Shown here: positions 1 to 13,024 of the stretch, one piece after another
Position numbering within the stretch: position 1 is the first letter of the stretch
Layout of the letters: each line of letters begins with the position of its first letter
Assembly (NCBI RefSeq): GCF_000150275.1
Contig: NW_002060965.1
Coordinates: forward strand, 744,001-808,000
DNA: 64,000 nucleotides
Source: Trichoplax adhaerens
Taxonomy: Eukaryota; Animalia; Placozoa
Direction: 5' to 3'
Notes under the pieces: model-generated
What the model saw: only the letters and a program-made list of their open reading frames with translations
What the model was told of the DNA's origin: nothing
Databases searched by the model: none
Position numbers and translations under genes: made by a program

Positions 1-1765
1 ATTAAGGGTATCAGAACCAAATGGTGCACATACGTACAGTTATCATGGGTATTTTAGCAATTGAAAATTTATTTGTTAAGGTACCGTAAATAGTTAACAA
101 CATTTTCATCGTGGATATCCTCGAATACTTTTTACTTTTTAAAGTGGGTAATTATAGGTACATATCGATTAATTAGTATACCGTAATTTTTATACGAGTG
201 GGCCCTGCGGTAAAATAGAAAATGCAATTCTTTCTGATAATGTATGAAATTATTTTTAGTGATAGCGAATAAAAAAAAGTTCGACGTTGGCAGATGTAGG
301 GTATATGCGTAATCTTAGAGGTCACTTTTTAATTAAATATTTTAGAGGATTGAGTACTTACTCGTATACGAGTAAAATTGTTTTTGCACTAGATTAGTGA
401 AGAAAAAACTTGCGAAAGTGCGCATGATGGTATAGATAGTAAAGACTAAAGAGTTGTCATTGTCGGTTATTCGAACTTCTTTGAGTTAGTAGCTGTAATG
501 GTAAACAGAGTAGACAGTACTTTCACACCTGTAAGCGACAAAGTGTGTACGATGATCGCGGATTTAACTCGAAGAAAGTGTTTGAGCGGATCAGTCCATC
601 AGATTCAAAGTAAATGTACTCACCGCTGTACTGTACGTAGATCTTTTGCAGTGCAGAACTATACTGTAGATAGATAAAGCTTTATGGCTTTTTTTAAGCT
701 GGGAGAATAAGTGAGATGATTATATATTTATTATAATCATCCATTCCTTTTGTGGTAGAGTTCTACCGCATAAGGTCTATGTTGAGAAATTGCAGTTATT
801 ATTAATTACTCCAATTTGACTATAATTTTGTTAGGAAAGAAGGGTCTACTACTGTATCACTAGATAAATTTGAGTATGAATTTAATTTGACTGTTGAGTA
901 CTAAATCGGTCATTCTTCTTCGTTTATACTGTAAATTATCGTTGTCGACGATGACTCGAAGGTGTACGTTGTTTACGCACCATCCAGCAGTAATTCGTTC
1001 ACTATATTTATCAGTATAAGTTTTTCATGCTACAGTATCTACGTACTTGTTATTACACCGTATGACCGTCAATGCAGTAGTTGAAGTTTAGTCTGGCCTT
1101 GCAATCGTATTCAAGAAAAGCAGACACATCACAAGCAAAATATAAAAGGAAAGGCTATACGCGTATGCCCTAAACCTTTACTGTATGATATAGTAATACC
1201 AATACAATTGGAATCGTTCTTAGTAATAATCTTTGCTACTTGTATTTAAGTTCTTGACAGTAATTTTACGTCAACAACTACGTCTATAATAATTCATTAT
1301 TATTATTCTCCACAGTATACCATCCAGTAGTCCATGGGTAGTCAATGTCTTATGATAGATAATCTGTAATCTCTATTCGATGGGTTTGACTTCAGCACAC
1401 GTCGAAGAAAAGAAAAGTTAGTGGAAGATAGAATATCCATTATTCAAAGGCATATTTTGGCCAATATTGCTTTAGTGTTTATTAGCCTAAGTATTCCTTC
1501 CTCAATACAACACCCTTGTCGCGAAAGGAGCACTTTCCAGCGCAGGGTCTTTCAAAACTGACTTTAATAATAATTAGTATGAGCTACTCAACGAGTCAAA
1601 AAAGCACCACAACATTCAACAGTGGAATGACTTGCCTAGAGCGACTGAATATAGTGATGATTTATGAGTTTAGCTACCAAGACATTTCAAATCGCCTACT
1701 AGCGCAAGCTCTATTTGTAAGACAATATTGGTTTATCGATAGAATAATTTCTGAGATGACGAAGC

Positions 1766-2016
1766 TTAAACTTTCAAATTTTGAATAGCAATTTCTCCAT
1801 AGACACTTGAACAGTCATTGCATCATTCGAACAACATCATGCCAATGGTGCCATACAGTATTGTACGCGCACGTTGAAAATGCTTCACTTCTGTAACATG
1901 ACAGAATGCTTGATTACTAATGCATGGAATGGATTTACAATGATTGTAGTCACCGTAGTTGATAAGCTTTAAAGTCAATCCCCCAAAAGGAAAACTTCCA
2001 AAAAGGAAAATCTCAA
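1766..2016 (-). pseudogene. Probable remnant exon of an NRF (nose-resistant-to-fluoxetine / O-acyltransferase-like) N-terminal domain
   Basis: Minus-strand translation GSFPFGGLTLKLINYGDYNHCKSI...AFCHV has the G-x2-P-x-G-x-L-x7-G-D-[FY]-x2-C spacing of the NRF motif (GKxPSGILxGNxxWLGDFDEC, as recalled). It follows a tacag acceptor near 2017, has an in-frame TGA at 1823-1825, and no acyltransferase exons were seen. Confidence 0.4.
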
Positions 2017-2329
2017 CTGTACATCGTATAAAAAATGAAGAGAGTAATGCCAATTCATGTCAACAACTTAAGGAAAAAGACTTTCAAAGACGGGCGAGCA
2101 TCCATCTAGCAAGCGATAGTCTTTCCATTTTCACTGATGACACAAGCGCATCACTGGGAAGAAAATACACAGTAAAATACAGTAGATCAATACATACCAC
2201 AATTCAGTGAAAAAATTCCAAGCAATGACCAAAATAGCCTTAATTAGGATAGTGATGATAAATTAATGAGGAACTAGCTTCTTGCCAATGGATAATATAC
2301 TGTCGATTTGAAGAAGTAGACTGCACTCT

Positions 2330-4050
2330 TGCTAACAGTGACCACTTCAAAGCAGTGAAAAATCGAATTCACAACGGAGCAATTTAAGTTTCATACTGTA
2401 CAAATATATACGCGTACACTTTATACTGTCCACTGGGTACAGTACTGTACTAAAGTGTATCATTTTTCCGCTTGATTGGAGACAATCGTACCGCACCCTA
2501 CTGTACAGTACGTACCATGTAGTACAGTACATTGCACTGTATGTACTGTACAGTATATCAGCTGACCCTATGGGCTATGGTCCCACCTTTGAAGTCAGTA
2601 TTGCGTCAAGTTGCATCAGAAAAGCAAGAGTACTTTCGGCTATTACCATACTGTTCGGTACAGTACTGAAACTATTATACTGTAAAGTCAGCGGTTCATG
2701 TACAGTACGTACTTTGACAGTAGTGTACAGCATGGACATTTAAACTGCAAATTCAACATTTTCGTTTATCACTTACGCTATATTTACTCGTTTTAAACTG
2801 TACCACGGGACAATGGCGTTACAGACTGTTGCATTATAATTCATTATTAGTAGGGTTCTCCCTAGGGGAGCATGAATGACAATGAACCTAGCTAGCAGTC
2901 TGTGGTCTGGCTCGGCCACCAGCTGGGCACATTGACGGTTACTGTACTGTACTGTACTGTACTGTATTTCTATACTTTCAGTGGAACATTTTAGTTTTGT
3001 CCATAGCACGTCCGTCAGTACACCGTCATCAGTGTTAGGCATAGACCTGAGAAAGGTTCGGTCCGGCTCAAACCGTGATGATCTACAGTATACAGTATAA
3101 CTTAGGCGTATAGAACATAAAGGTATTGAACGGAACCGAACCTTTCTCAGGTCTACTGAGCAGTGTTAGCCACCCAACGTTCTTGGTGGCTAGTAACAAT
3201 AGTACTGTACTGTACCGCACTGCACACTGTAGACTGTACACTACTGTACTGTACTTTATCTTTTGGAGCGTGCTTGTAAACGGTACAATGTACAGTAGTA
3301 TTGTACAGTACTGCAGTACAGTAGTTCAAATGACTAGTAAAAATGTCGACGTAACATTTTTTCGATCAAAAGCCATTTCCTGTCTCCTCCCTCTTTTATT
3401 CAGTAGTCCCTGGTAAGATACCGATGATTTCGTATTATAAAATATGGCATGCTGCACTGTATACTGTATACTGCAGAGTATGGCATGTCGAAATTTTGTA
3501 TTTTAATGATATTCGGACATCATTTTCGCCAGCGTCTTTGCAGTACTCTATTAATAATAATAATAATAATAACGATCAATCGGGCATAGAGGTGCGCGAA
3601 CTCTCTTTGATGCTATACTGTCTAGAAGCGATATTTGTTCTTGATTGAGACACTACAGTATACAGTGGACACTATGCAAACAATGCAGAAATCGGTAATT
3701 AGGTAAAAGGGTGGGGTGGTCGAACCAGCGACTGAAAAAAAGAAAGAAACGGGACTACCAACGATTGTCGACTAGCTACACCAATAATTGGGAAGTTGAT
3801 TAACGATTTCACTCATCATTTCAAAATTATCATATTCCTGTGACGGCATACTATACTGTCCGCGATTGAAATTCAAATACTAACTTATGATTTTTTAATA
3901 GTCTTGGTAGGCTGATTATTATACGTACAGACTACGGTACAGTACTGGTCATTTCTACTATATCGTGTATTTCTGCAACGGCACACAGTACTGTACTACA
4001 GTACTGGCGACTGATATCTACAGTACAGTGTACGGTAGTACTGTAGAATG
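2330..4050. repeat. Clusters of ACAGT/ACTGT (GTAC-rich) pentamer simple repeats
   Basis: (ACTGT)5 at 2941-2965 and dense tacagtactgtac tracts at about 2390-2730, 3200-3320 and 3920-4045. Confidence 0.8.
3042..3155. mobile_element. MITE-like non-autonomous DNA transposon (114 bp, ~30-bp TIRs)
   Basis: Left end TAGACCTGAGAAAGGTTCGGTCCGGCTCAA; right end reverse-complements to TAGACCTGAGAAAGGTTCGGTTCCGTTCAA (first 21 nt identical). The interior is non-coding and no clean TSD is visible. Confidence 0.75.
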
Positions 4051-4341
4051 ACCGGAAAAATGACAAGCCTCAAAATAAATATTAATATTATATTAGGGAT
4101 TATTATTATAATAATTAATTATTATTTTCTAAAACTGATGGCCGTTAGCTTTCCGATTTCTTCCTTCTTTTTTTTAGTAATTCCTGATCGAATTATCTGC
4201 ATATGCATGGAAAAATTGCAGATTGTAGTGTTCTGTTAGTACAGGCAGAAACTTCTATGAGGAAAACGGGGAATTGATAAAGTCATGGACTACTAAATAG
4301 ATCAATATTGACTTAATAGCCCATGATACAGTAGTAAGCGA

Positions 4342-4437
4342 GTCAGTAGCATAGCGGTTCGCGCTGTGTACGCTCTTACCATAGTGCAGCTGAGCAGGTA
4401 TCATATCATGTACTAGTGAGTACAAATCCGAGTTGAC
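4342..4437 (+). other. Degenerate tRNA-like / Pol III type-2 element (possible SINE head)
   Basis: A-box-like TAGCATAGCGG (4347-4357), B-box-like GAGTACAAATCC (4418-4429), and terminal GTCAG/TTGAC can pair. No proper cloverleaf. Confidence 0.25.
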
Positions 4438-6889
4438 AAGATCAATAAGATGGCTAAAAAATTACCTTATGACGTCAAGGAGTAATCCAAAAGGATGAAG
4501 GACATCCAGCATTTTTCTAGTAGTCCCTGGTTAAACACTGCTCTCTGCTTTACAACCTTTAGAATTCACTTCCATCCTAATATGATGTCAATATCTTTAA
4601 TTTCCACATCCATAGCGACTTGTGAATACAAAGGTGGTGCTATGGCTGGACCAATTTAGTCATTTTTGGGGGAACAATATATGACATATACTCTTATAAT
4701 CAATAAATAATAATAATTATAGTAATCAACAGTCATACAGTAATAGTTACCCACTACAGTACTACCTAATAAGTTGAACTCTTGAAACACTAGCAATGAA
4801 TCGTACCCTTCATCAAGATTAGATGCTCATTTACAACACCCCTAATCATCAAATATTCTTAAATGTTGAACCATGATAAAGTTCAGTAATCCTCCATTCT
4901 ACTTATTACAATTATAAAATGAAGTTGAAGATTAATTTTAAACAAGTATTCCCGCTTTAGAGTACAAGCATCGATTGTTTAGCAGATATGAAAAGATTTT
5001 CCAATTTAAAATTCACACATACGCGATGTTACTTCACGTCACCAGTTTCAACAACATTGTTCTGAAGGAAAGTAAAGGGACAACAGATCAAGATTATGGT
5101 TGATAAATAAAAAGAATAACATAAGAAATCATTACTTTGACACTCTGAATGTGCCCCAGTTAAAAGAAATCTATGCTATCGATATAACTTTAGAGTATCG
5201 CTTACTTTGGACGAAAACGATACGCTGTAGGGTAGAATTGCGTTTCCCTAGTAATTACAATTCTTATTAGCTGCTACACTAACTCCAATAAAGTCTACGA
5301 TTAATCCGTTAGTAATAAGCTAAAACACTATAAAATTTCCAATATCTTCTTGAGATCATTTGAAATTTGGCAACATCAAAAAAATCTGAAAGAACGTTCC
5401 TGTATATGAATAATTAAACTTTGGCAATTATGCAAATTCCCTTCCCCTTCTTTAATGCACATAGGTTAGTTTTAAGATCCCGGATTGATCACATATCCTT
5501 CGTATTTAGCTCATAATTATGATCGACGGTATCTACTCATTTAAAATAGATTGTACTCTCTCTTAACATCTGCTGCTAGCTTACTTGATGCGTTCCTTAA
5601 ATAAAATGGGATTGTTGTACAGTGGATAGATAGTATCGTCCAGTCTCTATCATCCCGTTGATTATAAATGCAATGAAAATATAGAATTATAGTTAATTCT
5701 TAACTATTCAGGATTACGATGAAATTTCAGACACCATATTCCATACTTTACATTTAAAACGCATTCATCATTTCATTTTCAGTCAAATACTCGTACTATC
5801 AACTAATTAACTTTAAATAACCTCCCTCAAAGAAAATATTCATTTCCTTTATATCCTCATACAACACATTGGTATCATTATGCTCATTATTCGGGCATTA
5901 AGGATATTCATATTTAAATTATATTAATTAGAGAGGAATAATATCTAAAGTAGCAAAACGATAATGCACTTTGTATGATAATTATTACGTGCATTGTCTG
6001 AGTAAATGATTTCATTTCTAAAAGTTTAAAACGTTTAAATATACTTAAATGGTCATATTACAATTTCATTATCGTTGTGATAAGCCATAAATTGCCTCCA
6101 TTCTTTTCCATGCTTCAGTAGTAAAAAACATGGCATATTCTATTTATCAATTTAATGCTTTTTTAACACTAAAAACAACATATTTACGATTACCTGTGGA
6201 TACATATAAGAAAAACTTTTATATCATTGCTTGGCAATACGTTAAATAGAGAACAGTCTGCATATAATGTTTCCTATTCATAACAATTCATTACCATATT
6301 ACTTATTTGGAAAAAAGTAATTATATAATTATTTAAGGGCGTGTTATAACTATTGACTTGGATATATGCTTTTTTCATTATTTGTACACTGACCACTGAC
6401 CAGTAAAGAAAGCTATATTAAACAGTTGGAACAATAAAATAGTACTATATTCGCATAGAAAAAAACGAAGTTGATTAATGCTACTGAATAATTAAGGCAC
6501 TACCAAGAAGATACCAAAGGGGTTTCTGTAGTAAAAGGATTACTTAAGGGCAGTCTAATATAACCTAAGCTTGATTCGTACATCTTCCATTATAGTATAT
6601 TGAAGCTGTTAATTGGCTGTTTCTTGAAGGTTTAATCAACGCTAGCTTGTGAATTGTCTACAGTCAATCCAGAACAAAAAAATCAATTGGAATTATTGTC
6701 GTTAGACAATTTCTTTCTTCAACCAACTACTGCACTCCTTAGTTCACAACACCAAGTAAATTAAGTTAAAAAAAAGCAAACTTAGAAGGATATCCAACAT
6801 TGATATAACAATTCGATAACGTCCGTCGTAATTTACTAAGATTCAAATCCGCCATTGGCTATCATGGTAACGTTAATATAGTAGCAGCA

Positions 6890-7915
6890 ATGACTGTATC
6901 CATCCGATATATTATTTCATCGTCTTTAACACTTCTAACCAACATTTGGCTACTCCAATTAATCATTCGACGCCCCAAGCTGAGGAACTTTCGCAACGTA
7001 ATATTATGTAGCGCTTTAATTACCGATATTGTTTTCGTTTGTGGCTATATCATTCCACGTTTTGTTCCCTTTAATGAATATCCTTTCGATGTTCGATGTG
7101 GCCTTTTTAGTCGTCTAGGCCAATGCCTTTTCCTATCCCTTAATATTCATGTCTTTCTACTTATCGCTGAAATCTATGTAGCTATTAGCCGTCCATTCGC
7201 TTTATTGGGTTTAACATTTAAAAAAGTGGTGCTAGCTTCTGTTATGATAACATGGACCATCACACTTGGTATACCAGTAACATTTCAAATATATATCGAA
7301 ATCGCCAACGTGACATCTGCAGCTAATAATATTTGTTTTGAAACAGTTTATATATTATATCAAGTCTTTACAATATTGGTTACAAGTATATCAGTCATAG
7401 TCTTGCTCATACTCTTATTTTCATATTGTAAAATATATTCGGTAGTGCGAAAATTGAGTCATAATATGCGACGATTAAGTGGATTAGCTAACGATGATTT
7501 TATGGTGACTAGTGATAGCTCTAGTAATACACGAAAAGTATTACAACAAATTGTCTTCGTTTTTGGATTTTACTTGCTATTCTTAGGGCCATTTTTCGTT
7601 ATTTGTATTATGAATATCTTTGGCTTAGCTAGTGTTGTTACTCTTCGTATTGCAACCCAAATCGTCCAGTACATTTCCTTCATGTTCCCAGTCTTTCAGC
7701 CTATTATCCTGACTATACAAAGATCCGATGTTCGTGAAGAAGCAGTCCGCCAACTCAAGTATTTATTTTGTTGCATTAAATCAGCTCATAGAAACGCTTA
7801 CAATAAGAGCTTTTCATCATCGACCAGAAGAGTTACACAAGAATTTCGACACGATCTAACAACATTAATCGCCTATTACTCACAGGGTTACACGATCAGA
7901 GAATCCAATGTTTAA
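6890..7915 (+). CDS. Intronless rhodopsin-like (class A) GPCR with atypical motifs
   Basis: 341-aa ORF with 7 hydrophobic segments, TM1 N, ICL1 PKLR, TM2 LxxxD, TM3 Cys, AEIYVAISRPF (DRY region), TM4 W and helix-8 DVREE. The N-terminus is very short, so an upstream exon may be missing. Confidence 0.9.
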   Translation: MTVSIRYIISSSLTLLTNIWLLQLIIRRPKLRNFRNVILCSALITDIVFVCGYIIPRFVPFNEYPFDVRCGLFSRLGQCLFLSLNIHVFLLIAEIYVAISRPFALLGLTFKKVVLASVMITWTITLGIPVTFQIYIEIANVTSAANNICFETVYILYQVFTILVTSISVIVLLILLFSYCKIYSVVRKLSHNMRRLSGLANDDFMVTSDSSSNTRKVLQQIVFVFGFYLLFLGPFFVICIMNIFGLASVVTLRIATQIVQYISFMFPVFQPIILTIQRSDVREEAVRQLKYLFCCIKSAHRNAYNKSFSSSTRRVTQEFRHDLTTLIAYYSQGYTIRESNV

Positions 7916-10814
7916 TATCGAAACGAAACGTATCACATCTAATTAGTCTTGAATCTTTAAAATCTCTTCCTTCCTTACTGCAATAATAAAGCAACATTGT
8001 CGATCAAAAGTGAAATTTGAAACTTTATTTAGATGATGTTATTCCATAACAATCGCGAATTTATGGTTGATATCTAGCATCGTTATTCTTGAATTTATGT
8101 AAATGTAAAAATCAATGGGCTTCTAGAAGTGCTGTTAACAGTTGCTATGGCGAAATACTTTATTAGCAACTAAAAACTTGGTCTATGCTAATAGCTTATT
8201 TATATTAAATCATTATTTCTAACCATAACGGAATACTTATTGCTCGAATTTTACACACAAATATATGAAGTATCAAGTGAGCTTTCCAAATTACTGTTGG
8301 CAAAGATTGATGGATTACTAACACGCATAGCGTAAACGATCAAATCAAAGTTGTATCCTTGAATAAAATTTAATCCAACTGTTATATTAAAATAGAAGTT
8401 GGCCTGCAATTATAAGTCATTATATATATATAGAACATTATATATATAATAATAAATCTCAAGAATACTACAAAAAACGATTAGTCATCATCCGAGACAG
8501 TCTATCTCATCAGTGGCCAGAGGAATTCTATCAAGATCGGAATAATTCGTATTTATCAACATGAACTTGTTTTGTAAAATGTAAACAAGCACGCATTCAA
8601 CACAACTAAGTCATTTTCATAATACTTACAATAAAATAATCTTAGGTGGCTAAAATGAATTTATGTTAAGATAACATTGCTTTTGTTATATCATGCCAAG
8701 CTACCGCAAATAACACACCCAATTGTACCTTTAAGGGGAATTTTATGTATCTAAAGCCGAAGAGAATATCATATTGGCATGGATTTCATGAAGAATGAAT
8801 ATGTTACAAAGCTGCAAAGCATACCGGTTTAATAAATAAGTTAATATGCCGGTGTGTAATAACTTGGATCACTATCGCTATAAAATGACCTAGTCGGCCG
8901 AATAACTGCAAGTGCAAATTGTTTCATACCAGTATAACCGAATCTACAATAATTACTGCTCTGCCATTGCTACCAATATGAACTTAATTACTTAGACTTC
9001 TTGCTATAGTAGTTTATAGCAGTATTAAGTACTGCAAGCTTCGAAAAGTGTATGCATAGGCATATAAGTTATTTACTGTTGATTGTCTTTCTTTCCTGGC
9101 AATGGCTAAGCCAGTTTAGATCATTTAATGTATAATTAACAAATTAGGCAGAATATCAGGATTGAAGTCAAGAGTTGTGCACAATAAATTAGTATAAGCT
9201 CGAAGTAAGTTTAATATTATTGTAAATCGGTAATCTTATTCTTTACATCAAGAATTTTTTTATATGCTGTTATTGTGATTATATATGTGTACTATTGTTA
9301 CTATCTTATACATATAATAATAGCCGTGGTAATGCTAATAAGCTATTTTATTCTAAATTTTTACATTTAGTTATTGCTATATCCAAAGGTTTTCTTTAAG
9401 GGCTTATATCACAATGTATCATTAGATGTTCGTTAAAAGTGTAATGGTAGTGGATACAAGATCATTAATCATGATTTCAGCGATACTTAATGTTATAAAA
9501 TGAAATTTAATTAACTAAATTGATGAAAAGTTGCAATTTCATAATATAACATTATGTAAAATCACTAACTCTAACCATATTAAAGTTTCCTTTCTTTCTT
9601 CTCTAATATACTAGAATAATGACGTAAATTTGTAGATGCTGACGATTCTTTCTAACCATTGTGACTTACCTTATTTATATAATCATCGTATTTTAAATCT
9701 AATTTGCAAAGTCTTAAAGACTTTTCACAAATTGGATCCCAAAAACTACACTAAAGAAATATTACAGTGAAAATTTTGTCTCCTATATAATGTTAGGAAA
9801 AAATGGATAATTTTATAGTATAAAAATTGACAGTATGTCAGTTGTTCTTAAATATCAAGGCATCTACCAATCTGATATTACGAATACCAAAATAAAAAGT
9901 CTTTTTGGATATCGTCTATACAGGAAATTGTCGTATTTGCATGAAGCTAACATAAAGAGTTATTTTATTCTTTTTGAAACTTAAATTCGGCAATATTTTC
10001 GTTAAATGATGGTTAAGATAGGAGAGAAAAGGTATAATGCAAACAGAAATGGAAAGATTTATTTGGATGTCTTAGTGCGTAAATACTTAACTACACCCTA
10101 TCAACGCGCTACGCTATGCCGGTATATCACGATTGTGATCGAGATCGCGTTTACTTTACGAAATACATCGACCTTAGTAGTTATTTTACTCAGTAAAGGT
10201 AAAGTAAGTATACGACTTCTTATTATCTCGTATTAATAAATAACAGAACATAATCTATAGCCTTTGATGTAGGGTAAAGTCAACGTATATATATAGCATA
10301 AGACATTACTTACTCTCTTGAATTGCAAATCTAGTCTATGTTTCGACTACTCTTGTGGAGTACTCTAAACCTTGTGATCATTTTTATTCAATAAATGTAC
10401 GACCGCGTACATATAATCAATCTATATATGAAAAGTACCAATACAGTATAAACGTCATACAAAATAAATCATTCTTACTTACTACGATTAATAATTACTA
10501 GTACAAACTAACGTCGCTTTGCTGACGGTTTACGATAATGTACTTATTTGTTAATAATTAACAGACGGTATTACCATTCGCCATTATTTATATCCCGGTA
10601 ATAGCCAGGCACTGCTATATTCATAGCTATGCTTGTAGAATACTACTTTTCAATAATGCATCGACGGATGAAATGCTATATTAAAATTAGTTAACGGTCC
10701 AAAGCATATTATGATAACTAATGTACGGTGATGGACATACCAAGTTAAGATTAGCAGGTACTGTAAGATATCTGCAGTGCGATACAATGTCCTTAGTACT
10801 GTGGTCAATTCTAT

Positions 10815-11042
10815 ACCAGTCATTATAATGTGTCTAAGGATTGCTTGAGTATGCAAGCAAAGCTTTCTCTGTCAATAACAAGGTCTTCTCTATCTAATAA
10901 CAACCGTTATAAGAAAATGTAACAATCAAAATGGCTGTGACCAATCATTATAATGTGTCTAAGCATTGCTTGAGTATGCCAGTAAAGCTTGCTCTGTCGA
11001 TAGCAACCGTTATAAGAAAATGTAACAATCAAAATAGCTGTG
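10815..11042. repeat. Two-copy imperfect tandem duplication (~125 and ~103 bp)
   Basis: accagtcattataatgtgtctaag...aaaatggctgtg at 10815-10939 is repeated at 10940-11042 with a 22-nt deletion and a few substitutions. Confidence 0.9.
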
Positions 11043-12689
11043 TAGAAAACTCTATAAAGATTCTATGTTTATTCAATTTTTATCAGAATATTACATCAAA
11101 TCAAAATTGAAAGGCCCAGTGGCCACCCTTAGCGATATAACGAATACTATTTTAATAATCAGTACTCTGCAGAAATTACTACCGTAGAGGTATTCGTTTT
11201 GCATGAAGAAATCTTGAGGTAAAAAGTACTGTAAGAATCTTATACTGATCTATTGAAAAGAACCCATAATTAGAGTCATCAAACAGTAGTATAAATACCC
11301 CAGCGCTGCTCGTTTGCAGAGAGGGTGGGTGGGATAAATTAGTCAACCAATTCAATACTAACGCTACATAAATTGTAAATTTATAGAACAATTTAGATAA
11401 AAATTATTTGCTTATACTCGTTTCACTTAGCTAACTTGTTATAGTGTAATAAAAAGTCCATAACTTACACATGGTTGAACCAACTATCTAAAAGCCTTGA
11501 TACTCGGATGATGAATTCTAACATATTATTATTAAAATTCATAAATTTCTATGTAGAGAATATATCACTTATATAATACCGGATATTTAACTTTTGCACA
11601 GTGTTTATTTGCTAAAAATAATCATAGCTTTAAGAGATAACTCATCGTTATCAATTATTTACATCTGTCTGATAAGATTTAATTTAAATTTCACACGCCT
11701 ACCTATTGTACTTATAGAACATTAATGTGTTCGTCTACCATCATTTAGATTACTCCTGATAAAATAGCACCGTCAAATATCAAGTCGATCCATCAAGCTT
11801 TCGACTGCTCAGTACAGTCTGAAATGCTATAGTATTGTACCTTTTAATATTACATCAATGATATTTCACAAACTTTGCCGCTATTTGACTAGATGCAACT
11901 ATTGTAGCCAGAAACGAAGTACACAATATTGTACAATGTTCAATTTAAGGTGATAATAACGGTAGTGCTTCTTACTGTGCAACAGTAGTAATTCGTAAAT
12001 TGATAAAATAGTAAATAACCTTAGCGATTACTAAAGGAGTAATATTTAAGAATCTGGTACAGTATAGGTCGGATAAATGAACAGGAACTGATTAAATGCT
12101 TGATCAATAAAGAAAAATAGGATATAAAAAAATAAAATTTCTGAGAAATTTATAAAAAGTTCAGTCAAGAATACTGTACTAGGAAACTCTTGAAAATGGC
12201 AAATAATACCACTGCGTATTATAGAGAAAGCAGTTCCCGAGTTTATTAAGGAGACTTGTGGAGAAAATTTTCTGCTTCTCTTTATTATCGTAACAAAGAT
12301 AAAGTGAGAGTTTACATAATTTTACAGTGCCACATTTATAACAATTATAAATAGCAGATTGTTTATTATAATCATGATTGCGATGTTAAGATTAATACAG
12401 TATATATCTACACATTTATTGACAGTGTCTATGAGCATATGCTAAACAGCATTAGCGTATGAAAGTATTCAAAAGAAAGGATAAGCTCCGCTGCTTATTT
12501 CCCAAGATAAACAACACCAGTTTGTTTTGTTGAAATCAATCGATTGAATAATTAGTAGGTTAGGAAATTATCGGGAAAGTACGGTAGAAAACAAGACGTA
12601 ACATAAAATAGAAGGTGATTTTGGATTGTGCAATTAAAATAAGAAGATTAAGGTAGATATTCTTTTTTTATTATAAATTAATTAATACA

Positions 12690-13024
12690 GTACTATAGTC
12701 GATTACAAGCTGGAAGGATTACAGTACTGGATAATAACCTTGGGGCATTGCACCTGCGTTGATATAGACAACAAAACATTAAATCTGGCGGTAATACATA
12801 ACAATGTATAACATATATACTTGAAATGTTACTATTCTATTTAGAAAGAGAATGATTAGGCCAGTCGCTATATGGTAATATTGACTGATTTTTATTCCGT
12901 AATTGGAGTTTATTTTTATCCAATGCTTCCGCTTGGAGTTCAAAAACCAAAGCGATTACTTCCAAATGATGGTCATTCACTGATACTAACTATGCATTCA
13001 TGATCGTTACGATTTTATGGCTAG
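12690..13024 (+). pseudogene. Possible decayed F5/8 type C (discoidin) domain remnant
   Basis: Piecewise translation across stops and frameshifts gives YSRL..GA, LYGNID, RLLPK*WS and M-RYDFYG, resembling the discoidin motifs ARL..GAW, FxGNxD, RLLPxxW and MRxELYGC in order. Confidence 0.3.

Noticed and set aside
80-660. 5' exons of a minus-strand gene running off the left edge (donors at 623 and 361, acceptors at 529 and near 204)
   Set aside because: Splice-like signals exist, but no consistent recognisable protein could be assembled.
2880-2930. tRNA-Ser-like sequence on the minus strand (GGTGGCCGAG..GACTGCTA)
   Set aside because: Spacing is too short and there is no T-arm or acceptor stem, so it cannot be supported.
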